IMG/VR virus record: IMGVR_UViG_2523533505_000001
Span: 1-64,000 of that record
Origin: an uncultured virus (IMG/VR IMGVR_UViG_2523533505_000001)
Lineage: Duplodnaviria > Heunggongvirae > Uroviricota > Caudoviricetes
DNA: 64,000 nucleotides
Direction: 5' to 3' (one strand)
Both the position numbers and the translations under genes were made by a program. Position 1 is the stretch's first letter. Each line of letters starts with the position of its first letter. This document shows positions 8,974 through 18,691 of this stretch, one piece after another. Under the pieces are notes generated by a model. It did no database searches and was not told the DNA's origin. It was given only the letters and a program-made list of their open reading frames with translations.

Positions 8974-9425
8974 CGCTGGCCTCCTGCTGCGACGGCGGCC
9001 GCGATGGCGATCCAGCCGCGGTGCCAGGCCTGGTCGAGGAGCGGGCCGGCGCCCGGGTCCCGCTCGAGCCATCCGGAGTGCCCGGTCCGGCGGGCGAACC
9101 TGACGAGCCGCGTCGACGGGCCCTCCTCCCGCCACCGGCCACCCGACCGGTCGGCGACGTAGTGGGTGGCCGCGGACACCGCCAGCGCGCCGGCGATCCG
9201 CTTCCAGCCGAGTCCCAGCCCGAGCCCGCGGTCCGCGCAGGCGAGGGCGACCGCCTGGGTGGCCGTGTAGGAGGCGACGTGCCGCGCGCACGCGACCCTG
9301 CCCTCGTGTCCGTGGCCGCCCTTGGCGACCGCATCTCGGTCCTGCTGGACCCAGTAATCGGCGACCTCGTGGGAGGCCGTCAGAGCCGCGTACACGGCGG
9401 CGAACTGCGTTGCCTTGCTGGCCAT
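8970..9425 (-). CDS. DUF3307-like membrane protein
   Basis: HEVADYWVQ, THYVADR and LDQAWH motifs. Confidence 0.75.
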   Translation of the reverse strand: MASKATQFAAVYAALTASHEVADYWVQQDRDAVAKGGHGHEGRVACARHVASYTATQAVALACADRGLGLGLGWKRIAGALAVSAATHYVADRSGGRWREEGPSTRLVRFARRTGHSGWLERDPGAGPLLDQAWHRGWIAIAAAVAAGGQR

Positions 9426-9716
9426 TCAGTGCTCCTTGGTGGTGGTCTCGGTAGTCGTGTAGGCCGCCAGAAGTGCCTGCTCCTTGCGGTGCCGCGGCCG
9501 AGGCGTAGGAAGTCGGCGGCGTCGCCATGCGTGGGCGGTGTGCCGGGCGATTCGGTCCACCAGCTCGGCGGCCGCGCCGGCGACGAGGGCGAGCCCTATG
9601 ACGGCGGCCGGTGGTATGTCCCAGCGGGCGGTGCACGCGTGCCAGACGTATGCGGCGAGGAGCCCGATCGTGGCGGGCAGGAGTATCCAGGAGGCCAGGG
9701 GCCGGATCGTGCGCAT
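9426..9716 (-). CDS. two-TM membrane protein
   Basis: GGAGG RBS; two hydrophobic segments. Confidence 0.7.
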   Translation of the reverse strand: MRTIRPLASWILLPATIGLLAAYVWHACTARWDIPPAAVIGLALVAGAAAELVDRIARHTAHAWRRRRLPTPRPRHRKEQALLAAYTTTETTTKEH

Positions 9717-9855
9717 GAGCCCTCCACGGGTCGGGATGTGACTGTGGGTTACGCACCCCAGGGGTCTACTCACTGGTAGGCGTCTCGGGGGCGCGGATGC
9801 GGGATAGTTCGATCAAGAGAAACGGCGTTGGGTGGGCCACCAGCCCGCCGGACCG

Positions 9856-10209
9856 TCACGCAGAGTCGCGGTATCCCGAGTTCGCGCCCGCCGGAACCGT
9901 GATCTCGTCGAGGCTGAGCACACCCAGCCGCAGCGCGACCGCGACCGCCTGGGCTCGGTCGTTCACCCGAAGCTTCCGAAGGACCTTCTGCATCCGGGTC
10001 TTCACCGTCTCCTCACCGACGCCCAACGCCCGGCCGATCGCACGGTTGGTGTAGCCGTTCGCAGCGAGCAACAGCGCCTCGCGCTCCCGCCCGGTCAGGT
10101 ACGTACGCGGCTCGACGGTCAGCGCCGCCGGGTAATCCCGGACGGGGGGCGCGGACGAGCCGGGCCCGGCGCCCGAAGGCGCCGGGCCCACCTGCACCGG
10201 GGCGCTCAC
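9856..10209 (-). CDS. stand-alone LuxR/GerE-family HTH regulator
   Basis: LTGREREALLLAANGYTNRAIGRALGVGEETVKTRMQKVLRKLRVNDRAQAVAVA. Confidence 0.9.
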   Translation of the reverse strand: MSAPVQVGPAPSGAGPGSSAPPVRDYPAALTVEPRTYLTGREREALLLAANGYTNRAIGRALGVGEETVKTRMQKVLRKLRVNDRAQAVAVALRLGVLSLDEITVPAGANSGYRDSA

Positions 10210-11198
10210 GTGGCGGACTCCACCGGAGGGAAAATCTCGTTGGCGCGTCCGTCGGGGCAGGAAGGTTCGGTGTACGGCCAGCCGTGGGCCTGGCAGTGGC
10301 CGTGGTGGTCGAACCAGCATGGATCCGGGTCGGCCAGTTGCTTCACCAACTCCTCGAGTTTGGCGAAGCGCTCGTCCTGGTGTTCCTTCTCCCAGGCGTC
10401 CGTGTTGGTCTTGGATTCCACGGCCATCCGGCGCCCCTCGTCCACCCAGCGCTGGACGGTCTCCGGGCTGCCCGCGACGTGGCGCTCCAGCCAGTCCGTG
10501 TGCTCCTCCGGGTCCGGCCCGTCCTCGAACGGCCCCTGAAACCATGCGGCGATCTCGGCAGCCTTCTCCGGCGCGACTTCGTTCAGGGCGTGCAGGGCCC
10601 GGGCGAAGCCGGCGGCCATGGATCCGGCCGTGGCCTGCCAGCCCATCGCGGCCGGGTGCTTCGGCAACGGGGACACGCAGGTCCGGGTGTGGATCTCGCC
10701 CAGATCCACGAGCAGCGCCTCCGGGGTGGGCACGTCCGGACGGTCGTCGGTCCACTCGCCTCCCGGAGCCTCCCGGACCAGCAACACATCCGGTACACGC
10801 CAGCCCTTGTCCTTGTTCTCGAGCAGGTAGGCGCAGCCGCCGTCGCGGTCCTCGGCGGTGTCGTAGGTGATCACGTGGCCGTCGGTGCAGCGGATCCCGA
10901 ACAGGCGGGCGTCCTCCCGACGTTTCCGCTCCTCGTCGACGTGCGCGTTGTGGAGGCCGCAGGCCCGCTCCGAGCCGACCAGCAGCCACCAGGACTCGAC
11001 CTTGTCCTCGTTCTCCACGTACAGGGTCCGCAACGCGCCGAGATCGGCGGCGATGGCCTGAAGGTCGGGGGACTCGAAGTTCGGCCCGTAGTTCTCGGCG
11101 GCGTAGGTGAAGCCTTCGTTCTCGACCTTGGACACGAACGCTTCGAACTCCAGGAAGTCGAAGTCGGACCAGTCGGTCGGGTTCTGGATGCCGCTCAT
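10206..11198 (-). CDS. hypothetical acidic mosaic protein
   Basis: AAGGAG RBS; ATGA coupling; C-terminal DPDPCWFDHHGHCQAH. Confidence 0.75.
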   Translation of the reverse strand: MSGIQNPTDWSDFDFLEFEAFVSKVENEGFTYAAENYGPNFESPDLQAIAADLGALRTLYVENEDKVESWWLLVGSERACGLHNAHVDEERKRREDARLFGIRCTDGHVITYDTAEDRDGGCAYLLENKDKGWRVPDVLLVREAPGGEWTDDRPDVPTPEALLVDLGEIHTRTCVSPLPKHPAAMGWQATAGSMAAGFARALHALNEVAPEKAAEIAAWFQGPFEDGPDPEEHTDWLERHVAGSPETVQRWVDEGRRMAVESKTNTDAWEKEHQDERFAKLEELVKQLADPDPCWFDHHGHCQAHGWPYTEPSCPDGRANEIFPPVESAT

Positions 11199-11653
11199 GC
11201 TGCGGGGGTCTCCTTGCGTCGGTTGCGGGTGTACGGGAGTCGGGCGGAGGGTCGCTGCAGGAGCCGGCGGACACCGGACCGCGGCGGAACGGGGCGCGGG
11301 GCCGGGTCGGTGGTGTCGGTGTCGGGGTGCCAGATCTGCACCCACACGCCCTCCGACCGCCACACGCAGATCACCCGGCCCGGGACGCTGTAGTCGAAGC
11401 CCGGCCGCTGGTCGCCGGGGCATCCGAGGATCAGCGGGTGCTCAGACGTGAACAGGCGCAGGCACCGGTCTGCGTCGGGGCCGACGATCTGCGCGGTGAG
11501 GACGGGTGAACCGTCGGGGCTGCGGCTGGTGGTCCAGCCGTCCGGGCGGGCCTTGGTACCTCGTTCCTCGGTGAAAAGGAGCCAAGCCCGGACGGCTTGC
11601 GCCTTCACGGCGTTCACGGCCGCGCGCTCGTTCAGCTCGAAGGTGCTGGTCAC
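11195..11653 (-). CDS. hypothetical protein
   Basis: AAGGGA RBS; coupled to next gene. Confidence 0.7.
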   Translation of the reverse strand: MTSTFELNERAAVNAVKAQAVRAWLLFTEERGTKARPDGWTTSRSPDGSPVLTAQIVGPDADRCLRLFTSEHPLILGCPGDQRPGFDYSVPGRVICVWRSEGVWVQIWHPDTDTTDPAPRPVPPRSGVRRLLQRPSARLPYTRNRRKETPAA

Positions 11654-11673
11654 GTGCTTCCCTTCTCAGTGCT

Positions 11674-12189
11674 TCAGAATGGCCAGGAGGCGTCGCCGCC
11701 CCACCCGCCGGAGCCGGCGTCAGGTGTGCTGTCGGCCAGGGCCTGGCGCCACCGCTGTCGGTCCAGCCGTCGCTGCACGCGGAGCCAGCGCGGGCACTGG
11801 GTGCTGCGGCAGTCCGCGCACATCTCGTCGCCCGGGTCCTCCGGGTCGCCCACCGTGCCGGTCCAGTCGGTGTGCGCGTGATACCGGGCGGGCTCGGAGA
11901 CGAGGCGCGCGGCACGGCGGGCAAGCATCCGCGCCTTGATCTGCGCCTCGGTCGGACGGGCCCACGAGTGCATCCCACGGCCCGCCATCCACTGGCGGCC
12001 GTGGCTGCCCTGCGCGCCGCCGCACCAGCGGCAACCCAACGGTGTCGGGGCCGTGCCGTTCGGCCAGCGGATGTGGCCGTGCAGCATGCCCGTCACGGTG
12101 TCCCGGCGGCCGTAGCCGAGGAGGTGCTTCGTCGGGTCGAGGGTGTTCGCCAGGCGTTCCTGCGCGGTGGGCAGTGCGGGCGTGGTCAT
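11674..12189 (-). CDS. hypothetical Cys/His-rich protein
   Basis: GGAG RBS; CRWC, CADC...C. Confidence 0.7.
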   Translation of the reverse strand: MTTPALPTAQERLANTLDPTKHLLGYGRRDTVTGMLHGHIRWPNGTAPTPLGCRWCGGAQGSHGRQWMAGRGMHSWARPTEAQIKARMLARRAARLVSEPARYHAHTDWTGTVGDPEDPGDEMCADCRSTQCPRWLRVQRRLDRQRWRQALADSTPDAGSGGWGGDASWPF

Positions 12190-12366
12190 ACGGGTTCTCC
12201 GTGGTGGTCGGGTCGTGCGGGGGCCGCCGCCCCGCCCCCGCCAGATGAGGGGTGCAGGGGTCGGGACGGCGGCTCTTCGGCTGGCCGAGGGGGGCCAGCC
12301 GGGTTTGCCGCACCCGGGGAGGGGTGGGTGCGGCCGGAGGGCCCCCAAGGGGGCAGAGGCCCGGGT

Positions 12367-12483
12367 CTACAGGTCGTAGTGGTCGGACGCGTCGTCCGGA
12401 TCGCCGTCGGGGCGGGTGCAGTTGGGGGCGTGGATGCCTGCGGCGAGTTCTTCTTGGGTGGCGGAGCAGTCGCAGGTCGGCAC
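12367..12483 (-). CDS. 38-aa peptide (VPTCDCSATQEELAAGIHAPNCTRPDGDPDDASDHYDL)
   Basis: AAGGGG RBS; directly behind the promoter at 12523-12551. Confidence 0.55.
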   Translation of the reverse strand: MPTCDCSATQEELAAGIHAPNCTRPDGDPDDASDHYDL

Positions 12484-12522
12484 GGGCTTCCCCTTGGTGG
12501 GTAGTGGGGTGGATACCTGACC

Positions 12523-12551
12523 AACATATCCCATACTCCATTGCATCGCAA
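12523..12551 (-). promoter_or_regulatory. sigma70-type promoter with conserved spacer operator
   Basis: TTGCGA-17-TATGTT; spacer contains GCAATGGAGTATGG. Confidence 0.8.
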
Positions 12552-12626
12552 TGGGTACGTGTCGACGGGAGGCGCAAGAAGAAGGGACCCGGCCACCAGG
12601 CCAGACCCCTTCTCACTTTCGCCGTC

Positions 12627-13367
12627 TTACGCCGCGTCCTCCAGGTGCTGAACCCTCCGCGGCTGCCGGATCGGCCCGCCGTACTGGGGGTAGCTGTTTC
12701 CCCGACAGATCGCACCGACAGCCGTCGAGTTCATCCCGAAGGACATACCCAGCTCCAGGTCGGTCGCCCCGCCCGCAGAGCGCTCGCGGATCTCGATGAC
12801 CTCCTCCTCCGTGAGCATGCGGCCCTTCTGCAGGCCGAGGTCGGGAAACTCACGGCCGTGCCGGGTGTACCGCTTCCGCAGCCGGTTGATCCAGTTCTCG
12901 GTCGTCTTGTGCGGCCACCTACGCAGCACGTCGATGTCCGGGCACCTCATGCCGCGGGCCGCACACCGGCGGACCGCCTCGAGGAACTCCTCGTCGGACA
13001 AGCGGTCGACGCCGAAGCCATTCACGAAACGGCCCACGGCCACCCAGTCGAACGGATCGCCCTCCTCGACCGCGGTCTCGGGCACCAGGTCACGGACCGA
13101 CCCACGATCCGCCCACGGGGGCACGATGGGCGCGCCATGCTCGTTGAAGTCCAGCCAGCCCAGCGCCTTTCCCACCGGCTGATCCGGATCGACCAAGCCC
13201 GCCAGCACCACGATCAGCGCGTTCTTCTCCGCCTCCGACAGGCCGGCCAGCGCTTCCCGCACGTCCTCCGGGCCGCCGTCGCCGTGGACCAGGACAGCCA
13301 GGTGCGCGGCCTTCGGCAGCATGCGCTCCACCATGTCGCCGCGCTGCTCAGCGTTCAACCCGCTCAT
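12627..13367 (-). CDS. hypothetical protein with putative C-terminal HTH
   Basis: LTEEEVIEIRERSAGGATDLELGMSFGMNSTAVGAICRG. Confidence 0.75.
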   Translation of the reverse strand: MSGLNAEQRGDMVERMLPKAAHLAVLVHGDGGPEDVREALAGLSEAEKNALIVVLAGLVDPDQPVGKALGWLDFNEHGAPIVPPWADRGSVRDLVPETAVEEGDPFDWVAVGRFVNGFGVDRLSDEEFLEAVRRCAARGMRCPDIDVLRRWPHKTTENWINRLRKRYTRHGREFPDLGLQKGRMLTEEEVIEIRERSAGGATDLELGMSFGMNSTAVGAICRGNSYPQYGGPIRQPRRVQHLEDAA

Positions 13368-14059
13368 GCTGCTGCCCCCGTCTCCATCACGCCCTGCCCC
13401 AGCCCCCGCGGCTGCCACGCCTTCTCCGCCCGCTCCACCGTCATCCGCGATACGTCCAGATGAGCGGCGATGTCCGCCCGCGTGGCCCCCAGCTCCTGCA
13501 GCCGCTCCACCACGTCCCGGCACTCGTCCCGGATCAGCTCCCAATCCCAGCGCGAGTCGCCACCATGCCGGCGTGGTCTGACCGGCGCCTTTCCGCCCAG
13601 CCACCACACCGCCAGCCGAACCGTCGCCGGAGACGCCTTCAGCCCGAACTCGGAGTCCAGGAAGGCCGCCATCCTGGCCGGCGTCGCGCCCTGGTAGCGC
13701 AGCGGGTACAGCACGTGCCGCCACCGCAGCGACGTGAGCTCCAGCGCCACGTCCATGTCCGGGGTGTCGCCGAGGAGGACCTCGCACCGCAGTGCCCGCC
13801 TCTGCTGGGCGGTCAGCCCTCCGGCCACGCCCCACCGGTAGCCGGACGGGCCCTCGACGCTGATCGTCGCCTTCAGGCAGGAGTCCACCACCGGGCACCG
13901 GTGGCAGTAGCCGCGCGCCCGGCGGGTGGGCCTGATGCCTTCGTCGTAGAAGGTGTCCGGGTCGGCTCCCCGGCAGATCGCCAGGCGGAGCCAGTCGGTG
14001 GGGGCGGGCGCGGCGTCTGTCCTGGCGCGGCGGCCGATGTGGCGGACGGTGGTGGTCAT
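13364..14059 (-). CDS. WhiB-family regulator with C-terminal HTH extension
   Basis: W-x4-C...CHRCPVVDSC...WGVAGGLTAQQR; RADIAAHLDVSRMTVER. Confidence 0.9.
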   Translation of the reverse strand: MTTTVRHIGRRARTDAAPAPTDWLRLAICRGADPDTFYDEGIRPTRRARGYCHRCPVVDSCLKATISVEGPSGYRWGVAGGLTAQQRRALRCEVLLGDTPDMDVALELTSLRWRHVLYPLRYQGATPARMAAFLDSEFGLKASPATVRLAVWWLGGKAPVRPRRHGGDSRWDWELIRDECRDVVERLQELGATRADIAAHLDVSRMTVERAEKAWQPRGLGQGVMETGAAA

Positions 14060-14601
14060 GCGGCTGCTCCGGTGAGGATGTAGAGGCGGATGGTGGCGCC
14101 GGGCTTGTCCAGGGCTTCGGGGTCCTCCCCCGGGTAGACCTTGCGGATCGTGAGCTCGGTGATCTGGGAGTCGTCCTTGATGACCCCGGACTCGGACAGG
14201 GAGTCCAGGCAGGCGCGGGCGTGGTGGTCGATGTCGGTGCTCGAGCGGGTGATCGGCCAGGTGCGGCGCCGCTTCGGGGCGGTCTTCGGCTTCGACACCG
14301 TGATCGTGATGACCGCGCGGGTGGGCACGTCCGCATACAGGCCGTGCTTCTGCTTCGGGATCTGGCAGACGGCGCAGGTCCCGGCCCAGTTGGTGAACCC
14401 GTGCGCGCCGGTGGCCTCGCGGGCGGCGGTGATGATGTCCTTCCGCCACGGCTTGAGCACCTTGGCGTTGCTGTGGACAGCGGGCCGGCCCTTCCCCATG
14501 AAGGACACGCGGCCTTGCCCGGCCGGGTCGCCGTACACGGTGATGTCGGCGACCTGCTGCCAGGTCACGCCGGGAATCGGATCGGGGGCGGTCATGGTCA
14601 C
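14056..14601 (-). CDS. rusA: RusA-family Holliday junction resolvase
   Basis: DIDHHARACLDSLSESGVIKDDSQI motif; G.P..QG N-terminus. Confidence 0.88.
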   Translation of the reverse strand: MTMTAPDPIPGVTWQQVADITVYGDPAGQGRVSFMGKGRPAVHSNAKVLKPWRKDIITAAREATGAHGFTNWAGTCAVCQIPKQKHGLYADVPTRAVITITVSKPKTAPKRRRTWPITRSSTDIDHHARACLDSLSESGVIKDDSQITELTIRKVYPGEDPEALDKPGATIRLYILTGAAA

Positions 14602-14807
14602 GAGGTGAGGTCCTTCAGGGGTATGCCGCGGCGCAGGTGGGTCGCCTGGCCGGGCAGATGTCCGAGGTGGTGGAGGCCGCAGAAGCGGCATTCGTACGGG
14701 CGTAGCCGGTCCCCGCCCGTACGGCGTATCTGACGGGCCCGTCGTCGAGCGAGGGAGCGGCTGAAGTAGCGGACCTTCCCCAGGCACGAGGTCTCGTACT
14801 CGGTCAT
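14598..14807 (-). CDS. small basic Zn-finger-like protein
   Basis: CLGKVRY...RPYECRFCGLHHLGH. Confidence 0.7.
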   Translation of the reverse strand: MTEYETSCLGKVRYFSRSLARRRARQIRRTGGDRLRPYECRFCGLHHLGHLPGQATHLRRGIPLKDLTS

Positions 14808-15997
14808 CGCGGCGCCGGGAACTCGTCGTGGGTGCGGCCGTCCAGCTCCCGGCCGGCTTTTTTCTTCCCGAGGCGGTACATGGCGGTGAGGGAGGCCCTG
14901 CCGTGATCGGCGCGGACGGCCTCGCCGTAGCGGGGGCCGTCGGGGTAGGCCAGGTCGCCGGGCTGGTAGACGGTGCCGTCGTCGGCGACGGTGATGCCGA
15001 GTCCGCGCCCGGTGGTGATGACCTTCCCGTTCTTGTCGACGGGCCAGTCGACGCCCCACTCGCCCCACTGCTTGAACAGGAAGGGCACTCCGGAGTGGGC
15101 GCACTGGTTGCGGATGGTGCGGAACCAGTTGGGGTGCGCGGGCCGCGCTTTCGGGCCGGACTCGCCTCCGGCGATGACCCAGTCGACGCGCGGGCCGGTG
15201 ACGATGCTGTGCATGGTCATTCCGGTGCTGGTGGTGTGCTCCGGGCCGGGCCCGGGCCGTCCGTCGAGCCAGTAGGTGAGCTGGGGCCGGTGCCCCCTGT
15301 AGTCGCGCTTGCCCCACAGATCCACGGGCCCGATGAGCGGCTCGCACGACAGGAAGCGGACGGCGGCCGGGGTCTCGAGGAGGGCGGGGATGCGGATGTC
15401 GGCCCACTGCTGGTTCTCGACGCTGACGCCGAGCCAGACTCCGGGAAGCGGCCACGGCGCGACAGTGACGCGCTGCTCGGCGTCGGTGGGGAGGCCGGGG
15501 ATACGGTCCGGGTTGGCCTGAGATACCGCCCACGCCATCTTGGAGCGGAAGTGCGTACCGGGTGCGTGCCCGGCTCCGCACCTGCACTCGTCGCGGAGGA
15601 GGGACCGCATCCGTGCGTGGCGCTTGGTCAGCAGTTGGTAGGAGTGCTGCGGCGTGAGCGCCATGACGGCGAACACCTTGGCGATGTACTCGTCGGGGAC
15701 GTTCTTGTGGAACAGGTCGGACTGGCTGTTCACGAAGACCTTGACGGGCTTCTTCCAGGACAGGGGCTGGAGGAGTCGGTCCTCGAGGAGGTTGATTTGT
15801 CCGGTCCAGTCGACCCGTCCGTCGGCCTTGTGCGTGGTCCCGGTGAACGCGGCCGCGATGGCCGGCTGGGGGTTGCTTGTGCGGACGTGCGCGGTGGTGA
15901 TCGCGTAGCACGCGTCGCAGCCGGGACTCACGCGGTCGCAACCGATGATCGGGGACCAGGTCTTGTCGGCCCACTCGATGCTGGTGTTGGTCGCCAT
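14804..15997 (-). CDS. DUF5131 (phage Gp37/Gp68, radical-SAM-like) protein
   Basis: IEWADKTWSP, CDRVSPGCDACYA, FVNSQSDLFH, WVIAGGESG, FKQWG. Confidence 0.95.
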   Translation of the reverse strand: MATNTSIEWADKTWSPIIGCDRVSPGCDACYAITTAHVRTSNPQPAIAAAFTGTTHKADGRVDWTGQINLLEDRLLQPLSWKKPVKVFVNSQSDLFHKNVPDEYIAKVFAVMALTPQHSYQLLTKRHARMRSLLRDECRCGAGHAPGTHFRSKMAWAVSQANPDRIPGLPTDAEQRVTVAPWPLPGVWLGVSVENQQWADIRIPALLETPAAVRFLSCEPLIGPVDLWGKRDYRGHRPQLTYWLDGRPGPGPEHTTSTGMTMHSIVTGPRVDWVIAGGESGPKARPAHPNWFRTIRNQCAHSGVPFLFKQWGEWGVDWPVDKNGKVITTGRGLGITVADDGTVYQPGDLAYPDGPRYGEAVRADHGRASLTAMYRLGKKKAGRELDGRTHDEFPAPR

Positions 15998-16353
15998 CAG
16001 GCTGTCCTTTCCTGGTGCTCGGCGCGGAGTCGGTCGATGTGCTTGAGGAACGCGGCGGTCTCGAGCGGGGCGATGCGGGTGGCCTCGTCGAGGGCGGTCT
16101 GCCGGTCGTAGCGGTAGATCTGCTCGCGGGTGAGTTCTCCGCGCGGCACCCACCTGGTGCCGGTCCAGGCGTGCTCGTTGCCGGGGTTGTCGTTGAGGAC
16201 GGCCCAGCCGTTGCCGTAGCCGTCCGTACGCCGCTTCACCCGCAGGTCGGCGCGCCCGGCGTAGGGGTGACCGGGGCACGGCACGCGGAACTCGGAGGCC
16301 TGCTCGAGCGCGGCGGAGAGGGCGGCGACGTAGCCGGGGGTGTGCTCAGGCAT
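15997..16353 (-). CDS. hypothetical protein
   Basis: GGAG RBS; operonic overlap. Confidence 0.65.
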   Translation of the reverse strand: MPEHTPGYVAALSAALEQASEFRVPCPGHPYAGRADLRVKRRTDGYGNGWAVLNDNPGNEHAWTGTRWVPRGELTREQIYRYDRQTALDEATRIAPLETAAFLKHIDRLRAEHQERTA

Positions 16354-16636
16354 CGGACTGCTCCGGCAGGGCCGCGTCCTGGACCTTCTTGGTGCTGCCA
16401 GCGACGTGGTCGCACCGTCCGGAGATGCAGGGTTCCGCGCGGCGTACCCACTCCGCGTGGCCCACGAGTTCGTGCCTCCATCCCTCGCGCGCTTCGCGTC
16501 GACGGTCCGCAACCCGGGACGTGAACTCCTTGTGGGCGTCTTCTGCAAGTGGGCCGACGTACTCCTCCAGGACGCTGCCGGTGATGCAGCCGGCGGGGTT
16601 GATGCGGATCCAGAACTGGCGGGTCTTGGTGGTCAC
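16346..16636 (-). CDS. hypothetical protein
   Basis: AAGGAG RBS; GTGA coupling. Confidence 0.7.
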   Translation of the reverse strand: MTTKTRQFWIRINPAGCITGSVLEEYVGPLAEDAHKEFTSRVADRRREAREGWRHELVGHAEWVRRAEPCISGRCDHVAGSTKKVQDAALPEQSDA

Positions 16637-17250
16637 GGCTGGGGGTGCTCCTTCGGCTGGTCGGTGTCGGCTTCGGCGGTGCGGGTGGCGAGGCCGGTGT
16701 CGATGTCGTCGCGGGACAGGGGCTGGGTGTCGGCGGCGGAGGCGGTGGCCCGCTGGATGCCTTCGCGGAGCTGGAGGATGGCGGCCGGCTTCGGGGGCGT
16801 GGCGCCGTGGAGTCCGTCGCAGCGGTTGGTGGCGGCGCGGGCGGCGGCGAGGTCGCGGGCGGTGTGGATGAGGTGTTGGTGGGTGGCGCCGTGGCGGCAG
16901 GGGATGTGGGCGGTGAACTGGGGGGTTTGGTCGGTGGTGGCGTGGTGGGGGGTGTGGGTGAGGACGGTTCCGTTGTCGAGGTGGGCGGTGGGGCCGTTCC
17001 AGGCGCGGACGGGGATGGGGAGGCGGGCGGCGGCGGAGGCGAGGGCGGCGCGGATGGCGGCTTGTTCGTGGGCGCCCATGGGGCCGACGAAGACGCGCCT
17101 GCGTACGGGGAGCGGAGGCCGGAGGTCGACGTCCGCCGACTGGGCCTTGGCGGCCGGCCGGGTAGGCGTCTTCTTGGCCGTGGCCTTGCGGGCGGCGGGT
17201 GCCTTCTTCGCGGCGGTCTTGCGTGCGCTGCTGGTGGTGGTCCGGGCCAT
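16633..17250 (-). CDS. hypothetical protein with histone-like Lys/Ala N-terminus
   Basis: ARKTAAKKAPAARKATAKKTP. Confidence 0.7.
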   Translation of the reverse strand: MARTTTSSARKTAAKKAPAARKATAKKTPTRPAAKAQSADVDLRPPLPVRRRVFVGPMGAHEQAAIRAALASAAARLPIPVRAWNGPTAHLDNGTVLTHTPHHATTDQTPQFTAHIPCRHGATHQHLIHTARDLAAARAATNRCDGLHGATPPKPAAILQLREGIQRATASAADTQPLSRDDIDTGLATRTAEADTDQPKEHPQP

Positions 17251-17327
17251 GGCCGGTCTCCGTCCTGCGGTTCGGGTGGTGTGGTGCGGTGCTGCTCCGG
17301 TGCTGGTGCTGACGAGGTGGGGGTGTG

Positions 17328-17357
17328 CCGTACGGCCCCGGACGTGGGGCCGTACGG
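17328..17357 (-). terminator. intergenic hairpin
   Basis: CCGTACGGCCCC...GGGGCCGTACGG. Confidence 0.5.
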
Positions 17358-17362
17358 GCGGG

Positions 17363-17701
17363 CTACCGCTTGTTGGGGGTCTCGCGGTGGCGGGTGTGGA
17401 GGGTGGAGGTCTCGCGGCCCTGCTTGCGGGCGAGCCAGGTCTGGGCGACCTCGGTCTCGGCGCCGATGCCGGCGATGTGGCTGTTGAAGATGCCGATGAC
17501 GGTGTTGGCGTAGCCGATGAGGTACAGCTCGGCGGGGACGGAGCCGTGGGTGTCGGCGTCGAGCATGTCCTCGGCGCGCCGCTTGAGGGTGTGGACGTCC
17601 TCGCCGGCGCGGTGTTCGTCGTAGGCGTCGGCGACGCCGAGGGCGTAGAAGGGGTCGCGGGCGAAGGGGCTGACCGCGGTGGCGAGGGTCTGGATGGTCA
17701 T
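17363..17701 (-). CDS. hypothetical protein
   Basis: AAAGGG RBS; GC3 bias. Confidence 0.7.
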   Translation of the reverse strand: MTIQTLATAVSPFARDPFYALGVADAYDEHRAGEDVHTLKRRAEDMLDADTHGSVPAELYLIGYANTVIGIFNSHIAGIGAETEVAQTWLARKQGRETSTLHTRHRETPNKR

Positions 17702-17718
17702 GGCGGCGGGTGCCCCTT

Positions 17719-18150
17719 TCAGGCGGCGTTGGGGGTGTTGGTGGCCTGGTGGGCGGCGCGGAGGATGCAGCCGATGACCTCGGACATGCTGGGCGGTCGG
17801 GTGCAGCCGATGGGCGGGGTGCGGACCCAGTTGGAGACGTGCTCGATGACGTCGGGCTGGCCGTTGGTGTCGGGGACGGCGTAGTTGGTGATGGCGGCGG
17901 ACACGGCCCGGATGGCGGCCATGGCCTGGAGGTTGGTCTCGATCAGGTCGAGGGCGTGGCCTTCGTCGGTGAAGAACTGGTCGGGGACGTTGAGGCGGTC
18001 GGGCATGTCGTAGGGGCCGGTGGCGAGGTAGATGGCGGCGCAGATGTCGAGGCGGCCGGTGTTGTGGTCGGCGAACTGGTCGCCGGTGTGGAGGCCGCGG
18101 TGGGTGATGATGTGGGCGGTCAGGCGGAGGATGTGCGTGGTGCTGCGCAT
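17719..18150 (-). CDS. hypothetical protein (DUF6197-like)
   Basis: AGGAG RBS; LDICAAIY...EVIGCILRAA pattern. Confidence 0.65.
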   Translation of the reverse strand: MRSTTHILRLTAHIITHRGLHTGDQFADHNTGRLDICAAIYLATGPYDMPDRLNVPDQFFTDEGHALDLIETNLQAMAAIRAVSAAITNYAVPDTNGQPDVIEHVSNWVRTPPIGCTRPPSMSEVIGCILRAAHQATNTPNAA

Positions 18151-18227
18151 AGGGGCTCCTGTGCGGGGTTGTGTCACCCGGCCGCGCAGAGGCGGGGTCG
18201 TGCGCGGCCGGGGAGCCAGTGGGTGGG

Positions 18228-18569
18228 TCAGTCCTCGGTGGGGGCCGGGTGCTGGTCGGCGCACGGGGGGCACTGCCGGATGGGCAGGTTGAAGCCGTGG
18301 GACTCGCGGATCGTGCGGGCGTCCGGGTCGGCGTTGTTGAAGATGACGGAGCAGACGCAGTCGCAGGAGCACTTGAGGACTTCGCCGCCGTACTCGATGG
18401 GGATGCCGGTGATGTGGGCGGCGGCGAGCATGAGGGCGTTGTAGGTGCCGGAGTCGATGGTGTCGTCGGCGAGTTCGTAGTAGCGGTCGAGGCGGGTCTG
18501 CTCGTCGAGGGTGAGGGCGCGGTAGTTGGCGGTGGTGGGCTGGGTGTGGGCGTGCGTCATCACGGCCAT
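18228..18569 (-). CDS. hypothetical Cys-rich protein
   Basis: GGAG RBS; CSCDCVC...CPPC; first gene behind promoter at 18639-18667. Confidence 0.7.
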   Translation of the reverse strand: MAVMTHAHTQPTTANYRALTLDEQTRLDRYYELADDTIDSGTYNALMLAAAHITGIPIEYGGEVLKCSCDCVCSVIFNNADPDARTIRESHGFNLPIRQCPPCADQHPAPTED

Positions 18570-18638
18570 GGCGGCGCTCCAGGGGTGGGGTTGCTCCGTT
18601 AGGCCGCTGTGGGTGGGCCTGTCGGTGTCTGCACAACC

Positions 18639-18667
18639 ACATTAACCCATACTCCATTGCGGAGCAA
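18639..18667 (-). promoter_or_regulatory. sigma70-type promoter with conserved spacer operator
   Basis: TTGCTC-17-TAATGT; spacer contains GCAATGGAGTATGG. Confidence 0.8.
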
Positions 18668-18691
18668 TGGTTCTTAATGTGTGGGCATGAG

